The notes: a model not told the origin generated them from the sequence alone. 61,724 nt of DNA, filler included, from Dugesia japonica (GCA_001938525.1; 6 parts of 6 records of this genome joined end to end with filler, not necessarily neighbours in it), one strand, 5' to 3'; counted from the whole stretch's first letter, positions 37,495 through 51,249 are shown. Translations and numbers: made by a program.

Positions 37495-38860
37495 NNNNNN
37501 NNNNNNNNNNNNNNNNNNNNNNNNNNNNNNNNNNNNNNNNNNNNNNNNNNNNNNNNNNNNNNNNNNNNNNNNNNNNNNNNNTTAATAAGATATAATAATT
37601 AATAAGAAAATATAATTAATAAGAAATAATAAAAATACTAAAAATAATAAAATAAAAATAATAAATAAAAATAATTAAATAAAAATAATAAAGTAAAAAT
37701 AATAAAATAAAAATAATAAAATAAAAATGAAAAATAATAAAAATATTACAATAATAAAAATATTAAAATAATGAAAAATAATAAAAAAATAAATAATAAA
37801 AATATTAAATAAAAATAATAAATCGAAAAAAACAATATTAACCTTTGCTTTCTCTGGACTCATTAAATACAATTCCTGTTCTCCCATCCAGGCTTCAGCT
37901 TCACTGGCATCAAACAAATATTGCTGAGCTACCAGATTATCTTCTAAAACTGCAAAGCGTTCAAATAATTTCCTTTGTAACTCATCCCAAAGTTCCCAAA
38001 GTTCTTTCATAGCGATTTTAAATTTATCACTTTGTGGATGACCTTCAGAAATCATTATTTCTCCGTCCTATTAGAAAAATCCCAAATAAATGCAAAAAAT
38101 TTCAATTTGTTTTACTTCACAAACGGTTTCAATTCGAGGACGATGATTGTCAACTTCATTATTTAAAGTTTTTAACCGACGAATAAACTGTTGAACAGCT
38201 AACAAAGAATCTCCAATTTTGCCGTTATTTTGAACCAGATTAATTTTTTCTTCAATCCATTGTTTTTCATCTTCAATATCTCTCAAGAATTGCCTTACAC
38301 GTTTACGTTTCATGAGGTTTTCACGGCGTCCTGCTAATGGAGCTTCAACTTGAGTTAATTTAACTCGAACTTCTTGTTGCATTTGTTCAATTTCTTCTTC
38401 TCGATCAGGATATTGTTCTTTCAGTTTTACAGCGTGAGTCTGGAAACATTAGCACTTGAAATAAAATTATTACAGAAATTACTTCCATATCGGTAAGCAT
38501 TTTCCTTTTCTGTTCTAGTTCTTTGTCTTTCTTTTCTTGATCCTTCATTTGTTCATTTATTTCCACAAGACCAATTTCAGTTTCTGAATCTTCTTCAGTT
38601 GTAATAATTTGAGAACTAATATCAGTAATCCATTCATTCATAGATTTTGCTGTTTCGTTGAAAATCGTTTCTGTTAATTCAAGTAAATACAAGTGAATTC
38701 GATTTATTTAACCAATTTCACCTCTATTAGCATCAGCCATTTTCAGACTTTTATCTTGTGCTGTTTTATTCAATTCATTCCATTGCTGTGCTAATTCATC
38801 AATCTTCGATTGAGTAATATCAGCAAACTGTGGGCGTTGTTGCTTCAATTCTTCTCCATC
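29791..38860 (-). CDS. Beta-spectrin, six internal exons (38722-38860, 38483-38670, 38116-38439, 37843-38067, 32669-33247, 29791-30167)
   Basis: All GT-AG junctions join in frame. Beta-spectrin repeat signatures QQYLFDASEAEAWMGEQELYLM, KAKDEQGA, SHEMGSDYEH, INESWADLLELIETR, QRKHQAFEQE. Confidence 0.95.
31720..32174. mobile_element. hAT/Charlie-like MITE in a spectrin intron
   Basis: TIRs CAGTGTTTCCCA / TGGGAAGCACTG with perfect 8-bp TSD GTTTAAAT. Confidence 0.88.
35536..35756 (+). mobile_element. 5' LTR (221 bp) followed by PBS-like TGGCGTTCC
   Basis: TGTTAG...CTAACA inverted ends; its start matches the 3' LTR start at 49812, which follows a polypurine tract. Confidence 0.82.
36020..36440 (+). 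pseudogene. Gypsy gag fragment with CCHC-type knuckle
   Basis: ILCSGCNKPGHIRK downstream of the LTR/PBS; antisense within a spectrin intron. Confidence 0.8.
36753..37225. mobile_element. pogo/Tigger-like MITE
   Basis: TIRs TAGTCAAACCTCTTGA / TCAAGAGGTTTCACTG. Confidence 0.7.
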
Positions 38861-38869
38861 CTAATGATA

Positions 38870-38929
<60 letters not shown>

Positions 38930-39029
38930 NNNNNNNNNNNNNNNNNNNNNNNNNNNNNNNNNNNNNNNNNNNNTTAATTAATTAANNNNNNNNNNNNNNN
39001 NNNNNNNNNNNNNNNNNNNNNNNNNNNNN
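38930..39029. other. Artificial scaffold spacer, preceded by (AAT)n
   Basis: 44N-TTAATTAATTAA-44N. Confidence 0.97.
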
Positions 39030-40079
39030 TATATATATATATATATTTATTTAGTCTTGTTTTCATTTTCTACCAGTACATTACTTCCTCCGTCATTTAT
39101 AGTTCGACGGAGCGATTAAATCAAGTCAGTTCATAATCGAACTTATCGATCAACTTGCGTAGTTTTAACTAATGTTGGGTATTTCTACTCAACAAAGTGA
39201 TTTTATGGTTCGTAATTGAAACTATCAAACTTAAAATAAGTTGATGAATTCATGGTGTTGATTTTTTCCTTTTTGTATGTCAATACTAATACTATATAAA
39301 TTATATCTTTATCAAAATTATATATAGTGTGCAAATTATATGCATTTTTGCTCAGGACTCGTCCTGTATAAATAAATGAGAAAAGACTTTTTAAAGATTT
39401 TTTTCGGTATATAAAATATTCGTACAAAGGTCTTATAGAGTTAAAAATTAAGATCAAAGTGGAGCAGCTTCCCATAGAGGTCAGAATCCAGATGACTATT
39501 TTTTGTCTGAGAAATCTACTAACCAGATCAGTATTTATACTAATTTCGGTTTGTAGGCCTCAGCACACACTATATACAAATTAAATAATACAAATCAAAT
39601 TTTCACAATAACCTACATAAATTTTAAGAAAAATAAATAAAAATGGTTATTTATTACAAGCGAAGTAAAATAATCAATAATATTGGCACTAGTTTTATGC
39701 AATAAAATAAAATTACCACACATATTATAAAAGTAGTCAAATCAATTAAATTGTTAAAGTCAATACTTGAACATTGATCAATAATAATCAAATAAAATCA
39801 ATAATTGAACATTGATCAAAATTTTGGGAATTGATTTGTTTGAGTTGCTCTTTCATTGCTACATTATATGTATGTTATGTACATGTTATGTTGTATGGTG
39901 CTGGTGTTCGGCTTGTGTTCTCAACACTTGGCTAAGCTCGATTACGGTATGTGCATCCCTGATAGCAATGCTTCAGTCCGCTCAATGTCATAAATTGAAC
40001 ACCGCTACAATTGTTTTAAAACAATCAGTCATAATCGTCAATAATTGACTAGAACTAGATCCGCAAAATAGTAATGAAT

Positions 40080-40718
40080 TCCAACGCAACTTTTACTTAT
40101 TCAATACATGTCGTATTTTATCCTTTTATTTTGCATCTAGTAAAACATATCTTGGTTCATTAGCTGGAGATTCCAAACAAATCTTAGCAGGTGATCGTTT
40201 CAATTGAATATGAACCTAGAATAAGGTATTTCGGTTGATCCATGAAATCAAGTTGCAACGAACCACATAGTGATAATTGTTTTGATTTTGCAATAGACAT
40301 TTTCTATCTGCTTCTGATCCATATCTTATTGCTGCAAGACAGATATTTTTACTATCACCATTATAATTTATTATAGTTTCAATTATTGTTTTGTAAAGAT
40401 AAGATCCATTTCCACCTTCAATTTTGAAATTATTAAACGAAAAAATTACATCCTTTCAAAAGACCTGCATTATGAGTGTCTGCTAAATCTTTACCAGCCT
40501 TATCAACCACGTTCACTTAAATATAAAATAAAGTATCATTCAAATCCAAATATTCTGTTTGAGATCCATTTATAAAAACTTTACGTCACTTTGTGATTCA
40601 GAAATTGAATTCATAGCAAAGACATCTTCGAAAGTATCCTTTTCAATTACAGCTTGAGAAGATGTCAAAAATACATAATTCAATTTTACCGCAAATTATT
40701 TTTTAGATATATTTCCAT
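40080..40718 (-). pseudogene. Polinton major capsid protein (PY/hexon-like), N-terminal half
   Basis: SQAVIEKDTFEDVFAMNSI...INGSQTEYLDLNDTLFYI...YLYKTIIETIINY...IQLKRS; frameshifted. Confidence 0.8.
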
Positions 40719-40731
40719 GACCTCTTATTCG

Positions 40732-41118
40732 TTAGTTTATACGTGATTCGTGAGATTTCTTACATTTTCTACCATTTTGTGGTGTTTTGACTTGATTTGA
40801 TAGCATATTAGTTATTTCAGATGGTATTTTACTAGTTATACTTTGCAGTAATATGTTTGCTACTTTTAGAATCATACTGATTACTCCACTAGGTAAGGAT
40901 GAAATAACATTTCCAAGCTCAGCTATTTCATTAGATTTTAATGTTGGTAGTATTTTTCCATCATTAGCTAGTACATCCTGAGCTGTTTTTATACCAAAAG
41001 AACCAATACGTTTACGAATCGGCAAAGCAAATCTATCTATTGTTCGTAACCTACCGGATCCATACTGTTTTCCAAGAAAGTAAGGTAATTATCCACCTGC
41101 TTGAACAGTATTATACAT
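40732..41118 (-). pseudogene. Polinton core-like protein (PZ/pVII-like)
   Basis: QAGG*LPYFLGKQYGSG...ALP...DVL; lies between penton and MCP. Confidence 0.65.
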
Positions 41119-41144
41119 TGAAAAAATATCAAAATTAATTATTT

Positions 41145-42307
41145 ATTTTCTAAAATGTTAAGTTAAATAGGTTTTTGAATCTTCTGGAAACTTGATTTAT
41201 TTTCCGTTATCATCACGTATATTAATTTCTATATTGCTTATGCATGATGTTGCAATAGGTAAATACATTCGATTATCAACTATTTTTTGTATTTACAAAT
41301 CTTCATCAGTTTTATGCTTTTCTATCGAAAGGTACAATAACATCTCCTACAATTATAGGTTCAACAAGAATACTATAGATAAATATTTGCTGATGTAACT
41401 TAACTGATGATTTTTGGATTTCTAACACCTTGTATTACACCATTCTTCATATCTGCAAGCGAATAATGTTCTTTTTCTAAGCCCAATATTCTTGACAAGA
41501 CTTTATCGAATGTGACAGTTTTGTCTTTCATTGAGAATTGAAATAAATTATTTGCTTTCAGAGAAATCGTATTAAATAGTTTAGATCCGCTTTTTGTTAA
41601 ATTTTTACTTAGTTGGTCTATTTTTGTTATGTATAATTCATCGTTTAACTGTACAGTATGATAAGTTACTTTAGAATAAGCCATTATAATTTTTACATTT
41701 TCTAATGAAGAATCATTTTTAAATAATGAATATATAACAGAAAGCCATCCTTTATCCATTTTGTTAGATGTATATCGGAATCCAAATTTATGTGCAATTT
41801 TTTCATGTTCAAATGTGAGTACATATGGATATTCACAACCAACAGTTAAATAACCTCTGAAAGATATAAAAGCATTCTCATTTTGCTTGACAGTTACGAC
41901 TTTTGATTTGGGATTAAGTGTTACAGTTATTTCATTTACTATATTTTTAGATGTCATGTATTGAATTTTAGAATTGCTATATAAAGGAAATATTTGATAT
42001 ACAAAGGAAAAATCTAACAATGCTACTTCCCAACTATCATCCATATAAATTGAATTTGGAAGCTCAAAAATGAATTTGCTAACATTATTTTCTGGATGAA
42101 TAAGTGTACAGCTTGCATCCGTCCATATTATCTTTAGTATCCCAATATCAACAATTCAATGCTAATTTGAAGTCAAAATTAGGTAATGATTGCAATCCAC
42201 CCATTGTTTATTAATATATTGGTCAAAAGCTTCAATTGTTTATTTGAAATGAGTTAAGCCTAATGCTGTACACTTGGTAAAAGTGTAAAGAAATTACTCG
42301 ATTTCAT
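41145..42307 (-). pseudogene. Polinton minor capsid protein (PX) with a 5' insertion
   Basis: FFTLLPS...HPENNVSKFIFELPNSIYMDDSWEVAL...ILGL...MYLPI...IEINIRDDNG. Confidence 0.8.
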
Positions 42308-42319
42308 CTGAATTCTCTT

Positions 42320-43330
42320 CCTGATTGACTATTTGTGATGCTAATATCCAACTTGGTTTTCGTATCCATGCCACTTTACATAGTATTGTTTTTTCTTTCC
42401 TGATCCTTTTGATTTGATTATTGTTTCTATTCTATATATCTCTGGTGGTGGAATGACTTGTAATTCTTGCTCATAGAATTTTACTTGCAAGATATTATCT
42501 TCATAATCTTTAATAACATACATGACCGAATTTTGTTTAATGTCGATTTTTATTATTTGAAACACTTCATCACTCCAATTACTATTGAAATTCTGGTGAA
42601 GCTAATCTTTTCGAGATTCTCACATGATCGCCAACTTTAGACTTTGGTTTTTAATTTGCTTTTGAATGTTTACGCGATAACCATAACTTTAATTGATTGT
42701 TTGTATTTACATCAACCGGTCTTGCTCCATTTTATCCCTTATGACCAGAATGATTATAACTATGAATAAGTTTTGGTAAAACATTTATCCAAGTCTTATT
42801 ACTAACATGTTTAAAGTACTTTCTCTCAATGTGCGATTAAATCTCTCTACATCTGCAGCTTTATACTGAAAGAATACACTATAATAATTTATGGATAAAT
42901 GATTGATAAGTTGTTTTACCTTGAAATTGTAAAATCCCTTACCCAAATCCGTTTGTAAGTTTTCTAGATGTCAATTTTTAAACATTGTCTTGATTGCTAG
43001 TTCCATATCTTTAGCAAATTTGGATTTAACAGGAACACCTCATGCAAATTTACTCAATACATCGATAGATGTCAAAATATAATTGTATCCTTTATTAATT
43101 TTTGAATATGAAATCGTCTCCATTAGATTCATTTGCCATAAATCCTCAATACCATATGTTTTATATGCTCTGGTTGGAAATCTTTTCAACATCGAATTGT
43201 TCAGGCTGTACGCTAGCTACCCAGATAACCACTTTTTTTGTCTTTCTTTTCGTTTTTTGAGCTGCTTTCATCAATTTTTACGCCTCCAAAACTTGCTGTG
43301 TTTTTTGCATCCATCCATATTTTCTTTAGT
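42320..43330 (-). pseudogene. Polinton retroviral-like integrase with C-terminal chromodomain
   Basis: DLWQMNL, YILTSIDVLSKFA, LQTDLGKGF, ERFNRTL, KVGDHVRIS, FYEQELQ, YYVKWHGY. Confidence 0.9.
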
Positions 43331-43431
43331 ATCCCTATTACAACAATTAAATGCTAATTTTTAGTCAAAATTAGGTAATGATTGCAATCCACTCATTGCT
43401 TATTAATATATTGGTCAAAAGCTTCAATTGT

Positions 43432-43700
43432 TTATTTGAAATGAGTGAAGCCTAATGCTGCCCATGCAATTGGTAGTAATGCTGCTATAAATCCACCAAC
43501 TTGATCATTTTGTATTACTTTCCTCATCAACCTCCTATTTTTTGTATTTACAAACGATAGTAAGGTTTTTTTAATGTTTTTTCAATGTTTCCTTTTTTGC
43601 TTTGCTCAAATTTACATATTTACATATTTACAAAACAATATTTACAATAATCTCAAGTAAATCATCCATGACATATGGTGGAAATGAGTCCAAAACTCTC
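43432..43700 (-). pseudogene. Polinton small protein ending QVGGFIAALLPIAWAALG
   Basis: xGG-F adenain-type cleavage site followed by a hydrophobic helix. Confidence 0.7.
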
Positions 43701-44043
43701 ATTCTCATTGATTATGATGATTTAATCAAAGCAGTAAAAATTGGAATACTTCTTTCTAATTTCATTTTTATTTCAATAACAAAGACATACTAGTTAATTG
43801 TTTATAATGATATCCATTTTTAATTCATCAATTTCAGTTTTATCTAGTACTTTTTGCAAGTTTTATAAACTTATTCAATTGTTTTTCTAATTTGCATACG
43901 TTTTCTTATAAGATTGTTTCTTCTGAGATTTTTTTAAGACTGCTTTGTCTTTTTCTTCAAAATCATCCTTTTTAAATTTTTAACAACAGCACCACCAACT
44001 ACAATTTTTTTAAACTTTGCCATTTTATATAATATCATAAAAA

Positions 44044-44282
44044 TTACCTGTTTGGTTTATATACTGTGATACCATTAGGGTCAAACATATCTGTTCTCAC
44101 CCTATAATCATATGGACATTGTTGTGTAAAGTCAAGAAATAGATATCCATGTAGTTTTTCTGTTGCATCTTGAAATGATTTAATAAGAAATTGTCTGTTA
44201 TTTGGATATGCTTGTCTTGCTAGAAAATCAACAACAGTCTTGATCTCTAGGATTTTTGAATAGAACCAAATATTGCACGTTT
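44044..44282 (-). pseudogene. Polinton packaging ATPase, C-terminal part
   Basis: YLVLFKNPRD...FLARQAYP...FQDAT...GYLFLDFTQ...RVRTDMF. Confidence 0.85.
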
Positions 44283-46229
44283 AAATAATCATTTAAATAA
44301 ATAATTAAATAATCATTTCATATTTATCGTAACCAAATTATCTCATCGTAGCCATGAATCATAACTAAACCATCTCATCTTTCATCATAAATCACTTCAT
44401 ATTTATGATAATCAAATCATCTCATCTTTCATAAATCATTAAAAATTATCTCATCATTGAGTGAACGATCTAGTAATTCAAGATCTCTGAGCACTGATGC
44501 TCATCACTGCTAGCGGAGCTAGTCAATGATGACCATCGTCTCAGTCTTCCGTTCGCATAATTTTTTTTATAATAATTAAATAACAAATTATAAATTACTT
44601 TGTCAGTGATCCTTTTATAGAAATGAATTCAATGCCACACTTATCCTTTTAACTACCAGATAATAAGTGCGAACTAATAAAATTTTTAAGAGTTTTTTGT
44701 TTTGTGTTGTTTTTCTAAATTCTGTAACTCTTTTTATATCAGATTTTCCATCGTCAATTTTGACGTTTCAAGTACGCACCCACTTCAGTTTTTTAGAGAA
44801 GCGGTGCTCACTCGCAGATTAGCATACGATGATTATATTTAGGCATGTTTTTATTTTCATTTTAAACTCGGGTTCTATATAAAAAATTATTTCATACATA
44901 TGAGTACCGGTGCTGAATCGGTCTCATAGATTTTGTCTATATTTCTGCTTTTCTACAAAGTGCGGTGNNNNNNNNNNNNNNNNNNNNNNNNNNNNNNNNN
45001 NNNNNNNNNNNNNNNNNNNNNNNNNNNNNNNNNNNNNNNNNNNNNNNNNNNNNNNNNNNNNNNNNNNNNNNNNNNNNNNNNNNNNNNNNNNNNNNNNNNN
45101 NNNNNNNNNNNNNNNNNNNNNNNNNNNNNNNNNNNNNNNNNNNNNNNNNNNNNNNNNNNNNNNNNNNNNNNNNNNNNNNNNNNNNNNNNNNNNNNNNNNN
45201 NNTTTAATATGACTTAAAAATTCTTATTTAACTTTTCATGATCTTTCATAATCCATAACTTTTATTTAAAAATTCAAACCCAATCGTTATAAATAATAAT
45301 ATTTATTCAATAATAATAAATTTAATAATATTTATCGTAAAATAATAATAATTTTACATANNNNNNNNNNNNNNNNNNNNNNNNNNNNNNNNNNNNNNNN
45401 NNNNNNNNNNCGGTATTTACCCGACACTGATAATCTCCAAGAAAATTTCTTGTGGTGACATGCATGGCTTCAATAACATCTGTGATTATTGACTCGGCGC
45501 AAACCACTTTAGAAAAATAATAATATTTATTATTTAAAATAATAATTCTTGAAATTCTGTTCTGACTTTATAAATAGGAAAATATACATGACAAAATATA
45601 AATAATTTAATATGACTTAAAAATTCTTATTTAACTTTTCATGATCTTTCATAATCCATAACTTTTATTTAAAAATTCAAACCCAATCGTTATAAATAAT
45701 AATATTTATTCAATAATAATAAATTTAATAATATTTATCGTAAAATAATAATAATTTTACATAGTTTGTATCTATATTAAACATAGGGATTCATACGTGA
45801 ATGAATCTAATTAATTTACTATTCTTACAAAATCCTACTTAACCTTTTATTATCTTTCATTACATATAATTCCAGTTTCTTAATTCTAATTTCTTCTACG
45901 TAATTAATAATATTTAACTAATATATAACTATATTTAACTAATATAATATTACAGTCTATTTATTATAATAATATGATTGTTCCTACCAACATTATAATA
46001 ATTTCTTTAGAGTTTTTAACTTTAATAATAATACTGCTTTATTTCATATCTCTTTTCTATAATAATTCTTATTAATTTGACGAAAATCTTCTATTGAACT
46101 ATTTTTTGTTTTAATCTTACTTTCTTACATTAATTATTATTAATCATTATTATATTCTAAATATCCTTTCTAATATATTTATACTTTTAAAAAATAAATA
46201 TAATTATAAATAATAATATATCGCACATT

Positions 46230-49200
46230 CTAATTTTGATTTCGTTCATTATTCTTTCTTTACCGTTTCCGGTCATAATTCATATATACTCGTAACCCGT
46301 AGTTCGATTGCGTCCTCGCATTCCTTTGGTTTTGGTTCATATTTTATGATACTCGCTTGATTTTCAATACATACTTAATTCTTACTAGTTATTCTCTTAT
46401 TAGTCCTTACTCCATTAGTTTCCACTTTGAGGGTCGTCTATTAGTCTTTATTTTATTATCTAGTTCAATCTTAATACATTGTAATTTTTACTGGTTTGTT
46501 GTTATTAACAGGAGAAATTTATCAGTAGTTGTCATGTTTAGAAAATATTCTTAATACCCTTAATAATTTAATTACGAAAAAATTACTTCCTAGAAATTCC
46601 AATGTTTTTCAGATAATAATTAATTCAAAATTTGTTAATGAAACATATATTGCTAAGATAGGGTACAGCAAAAACTTTAAAATGACATAACCCATCAGTA
46701 CTTACATGAGCCATGAATCGATCTGGAGCAGGCACTGTGTAAAATAGAATTATCACGATCACCAATTGTATTGACGTGGCGTATTCAACTTAATCATTAC
46801 AACTTAATCATAACAAAGATTATTATTCCGGATTCTATGTCCTCCGTGATTTTGCAAGTAAGAAATCGTTGCAAAACACCAATTTTAAAACCAGTTATTA
46901 CATTTTGCGATAAATTTCGATCCAAAATTTGATTGAGTTAAAATTTGTTTGATTTTCTTCTGAAATTGAAAAGGTATTTATACTAGTTTTTTTTCCACCC
47001 CGTTCTTTTTATTGGTTATTGGGCATCGTACTATTCCTGTAGCGTTCTTATTAGCGTGATTGTCACATGAGTTCTTCTTATTAGTTGAAACTTTGGAATT
47101 CCAAAATTATTGGAGTTCCATGGGTCAATTTTCAAACCCTGGTATCTTCTTTTTTAGTCTTCCTAAAATTTTTTAATTTAGACTTTCGAAATCTCCGAGT
47201 TTTTATTGACTATAATTTTCTTAATTGCTAATTTTGTCTCAATGGGAAGTCTTCATTTTCCTATATTTTCGTATAAATTTAATTTTCGTTTTTTTTAAAA
47301 TAAATCATTTTAATTTGCATAATTTATTTTATTTAAATATTTTCTTCTTAATTAATAATTAGAAGTTCATTTTTTGTTTTTCTGATCTAAAATTAATTTA
47401 ATTTCTCCATTTTCTTCTACTTATTTATTCATTAAATTTATTTTCTCTTCAATTATTAATTCAATATGATTTCCTTATTTTTGCTTAATGAATTAATTTC
47501 TAAGTTGCTATTTATTATTTGTTTGTCGTGTTAATAGCTCTTATTACTTCTTTTCTTCTTTGACTTTCTTATTGTTTCCGGCTGTAATCCTAGATTTTGC
47601 TGGTTATATTTTAGCTCCTTAATCTGGTTTTCTCTTTAGTTATTGCTTTCTTTAATCAAATTGTGTCCTTCCTTTGTCTGGATTCTTCGTTTTCTTTTCT
47701 TGTGGTACTCTTTCAAATTTTCGGATTTGGTGTTTCACCCCAACAAATGTATTATATCAATTTTATTTTACATATCAAATTGTCTCAAAATACATTTGTG
47801 AACCGTTATTGATGTAGCATGGCAAAATAATTGATGAGTGAATCAATGAATTTAACCAAATTTTTTTGAATTGTAAAAACAATATTTTAATCAATTTAAA
47901 TTTAAAATTTCTTTTAAAGCTTAAGTGCTTTTTAATAACATTGATTTATTTACATTCTTCTTGCCATTTACAACCACCAATTTGTAACATTAGTGCCAAC
48001 AGTTTAGTTTTTAATTTTTCAGATTTAGGTTCTTTTATGTATAGTCTAGCATTGGACATATGTTTCAAAATCTGCTCTTGAAAGAGCATCTTCATTCAGA
48101 TTTTCTTCAACTTTCTTGTATTCTATTTTAATATCCAAACTGCTAATTTTGAAATTGCTATGTTATTAGTCTTTTAGTCTTCAGCATAAACATTTGCATT
48201 TCATGATTACTTCTAATAAATAATGTTTAACATATTCTGCGAAATAAATAATCACCAAAAGTTCTTTCCTGGTAATGCAATAATCCAGCTCATGTTTACT
48301 TATGGCTTTAGATCCATAAGCAATAACTCTTTCTTTACAATCGTTATCAATTTGACTTAAAACTACACATATTTTATCAAATATGGCATTAGTATTCAAT
48401 ATGAATTCTTTAGAAACATTGGGAAATACTACAACTGGAGCATTTATTAGTTGAGATTTCAAATTTTTAAAAGAAATTTTGCACTTTTGTCCAGCATATT
48501 TTTTTCTGGCTACTATCAAATAGATTTTCTAAACCTTTTGAATACTTTGCGTAATCCTTTATAAATTTCCTATATTAATTTGCGAGGCCTATAAAACTTA
48601 TCAACGTTTTAACAAATTTTGGGGTTTCAAAATTAAAACTTGCTTCAATTTTTTGTTATCAGTATGTATTCATTTTGAATGAATAATATGACCCAGAAAT
48701 TTAATCTCGGTTTTCATGAAATTACATTTAGATGGATTTATTTTTAAAATGGCTTTTTAATACGTTTTAAAACATTCTTAATTTCTTTTAGTGTTCTTTA
48801 ATAGTTTCGGAAAAATTTAGTCCATATTTTTTTCCAATTTAAGGGAGCTATAACTTAAGTCTTCAATTTTTGAAAAGCAATATGAACAGCTGCAATTCAA
48901 AATGAAATTATATTAACACAATATTGTGCATCTTTTATCGGTAAAGCAGTTTTATATTTTGCATTATCTGTTAATTCAATTTGATAGTAAGCATACTAGT
49001 AAAATATTTGGCTCCATATAAAATATCCTTCATTTCTTCAGTGTTTGGAATGAGAAAAATTGGTCTTTCTGTAACTTCATTTAATAATATATAATCTAAG
49101 CAAAGTCATATTTCATCATTGTCTCGTTTTTCTACGCAAACCAAAGAAGCATTTCAAGGTGAGTAACATTTACTTATAAATCCATTTATTTCCATTTCCT

Positions 49201-49560
49201 TAATATTTTGCTCAATTTTATCTATTAAATGTTAAGGCTAACATTAATTTCAATTAGTTTACTATTTGTTATTATTTCATGTTTTACAATATTAGTTTTT
49301 CATATTTTTTTTAAAATCATCAATATCATTTCATCTATAATAATTTCAATTTCTAAAGTTTTAGGTTTAAATTTAATTACATTAACAGATTCCTCATTGT
49401 GTGTTTCATTAATGGTGAGTCAATAGATTTATTCCACAAGGAACATGAAGTGAGATTTCTTTAGCAACATAAAAAATGTTCTCCATTTTTTCATTAAGCT
49501 TTACATTTAAATGTACTTATCCCAAAACTATTAAAGAACTATTATTCGCACATTTGACAT
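46230..49560 (-). mobile_element. Decayed Ty3/Gypsy pol (RT-RNase H-integrase)
   Basis: RT remnants at about 48600-49200; RNase H FILNTNA...VLSQ..RVIAYGSK..YCITRKELL at 48181-48519; integrase remnants downstream. Confidence 0.85.
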
Positions 49561-49599
49561 TTATATCATAATCAGTTATTGAAAACTGATTCTGAAGAT

Positions 49600-49865
49600 A
49601 GGTTAATCAGTGGGGAATTATATCCAACTCGTATAGCGTTCAAAATTGGTCAGAAAGTATTGGTGAAGTACTGTCAAAGGAAAAGGAAAGATACGATGGC
49701 CCATACGAGATAAAGGAAAAGATCCATGAAAGAAGGTACAAGCTAGAAGACAGGCAAGGAAGAGCAATATACAGTAATGTGGAAAAGTTAAAATTTCTTA
49801 AAGAAGGGGGATATTAGGATGTTTTAATATCCAACATAAAAATTTTATGAAAAGTTTAAAAAAAA
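49600..49865 (+). mobile_element. Gypsy 3' end: integrase GPY domain, polypurine tract and start of 3' LTR
   Basis: FKIGQKVLVK...YDGPYEI...NVEKLKFLKEGG; PPT AAAGAAGGGGGA; LTR start at 49812 matches 35536. Confidence 0.85.
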
Positions 49866-50753
49866 ATAAGTAACGCCATTTAAAATAAAACTTTATTGTT
49901 ATATATTTCGACAGATTAACCGTCATCATCAGACAAAAATGAAATAAATGAGTTTATTGAGTCTGTATTATTCAAATAAAGATTAATGCGATTATACTGA
50001 ACATAAGACGGCGATAATTCTTAGTTTTTAAATTTTTTAAATAAAATTCTTAATTTTTTAAATTTTTTAACAACTTTTCAATAAAAAATTAATTTATATA
50101 AAAATATTTTATTACTTTTACCTATAAAATCAAAGATGTTTTTTCAAAATATATTTGTTTTTTTAATTTTAGATAATATTAAATTTTTTTAAAACCGATG
50201 AAAATTTAAAATTGAAATTTATTTAAAAAAATAAAATAGAAAACCTATGAAATAATAAAATATTATAAAATTTACTTTAAAAAATAAAATACAATACGTA
50301 TAAAAGAAATTTTTGAAAATAAATTAAAATTTCAATAAAAATGACTTTATATCCAAAAGATATTTTAAAATTTTTTTAATTAATTTAGTAGAATTGGCTG
50401 CCTGTACATTAATGCTTTTGTTGGATTGTTAGGCTTTTGATGTTGTTTAACTAATGCTCAGTCGATTTTTATTTTTCTCTCATGTGTTACCACTCTCTCT
50501 CTCTCTCTCTCTCTNNNNNNNNNNNNNNNNNNNNNNNNNNNNNNNNNNNNNNNNNNNNNNNNNNNNNNNNNNNNNNNNNNNNNNNNNNNNNNNNNNNNNN
50601 NNNNNNNNNNNNNNNNNNNNNNNNNNNNNNNNNNNNNNNNNNNNNNNNNNNNNNNNNNNNNNNNNNNNNNNNNNNNNNNNNNNNNNNNNNNNNNNNNNNN
50701 NNNNNNNNAAACTCAACTCTTTGTACAGAACACTTTATTTTCCTCAAAGTTTG

Positions 50754-51118
50754 TCACTCGTCGAGCTCAATGATATCTTTCGGTTTTTCTTTCGTTTGTT
50801 CCGGTTTTGATGCTGATGCCTGCGTCAAAGTGCGTATGGTCGCAATCATTACGCTTTTCCGATCCACATATGCTTTGAGAATGTCGGCCATCTCTCGACA
50901 GGTTTGTGATAGTGCGAGATCTCGCTCCTTCAGTTTGACATTCCTTATCCGCAAGGCTNNNNNNNNNNNNNNNNNNNNNNNNNNNNNNNNNNNNNNNNNN
51001 NNNNNNNNNNNNNNNNNACTTCTTTCGTATGTCTACCATCGAATGATCGGTTAACTTCTTGTTTTCTGCCACTGAAATTAGTAAAAGATAACACTTCCGC
51101 CACTGCAACTTTTGACAT
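50754..51118 (-). CDS. Orphan helical ORF (gapped), putative element accessory gene
   Basis: MSKVAVAEV...RIRNVKLKERDLALSQTCREMADILKAYVDRK...DIIELDE*; GC-richer than flanks; TAG acceptor-like site upstream. Confidence 0.45.
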
Positions 51119-51249
51119 GATGATTAAATAATCTAACATCAATAATTATAATATGATGCATTTCACAATTATCAATTTATCATGGTTAAAAACTTTAAAA
51201 AACAGAAGAGAAGTATCATAGCTAAACTATATTGCTAGCAACACAATGA

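Noticed and set aside
45203-45763. About 158-bp direct repeat
   Set aside because: Identical copy isolated between two gaps; probable assembly duplication.
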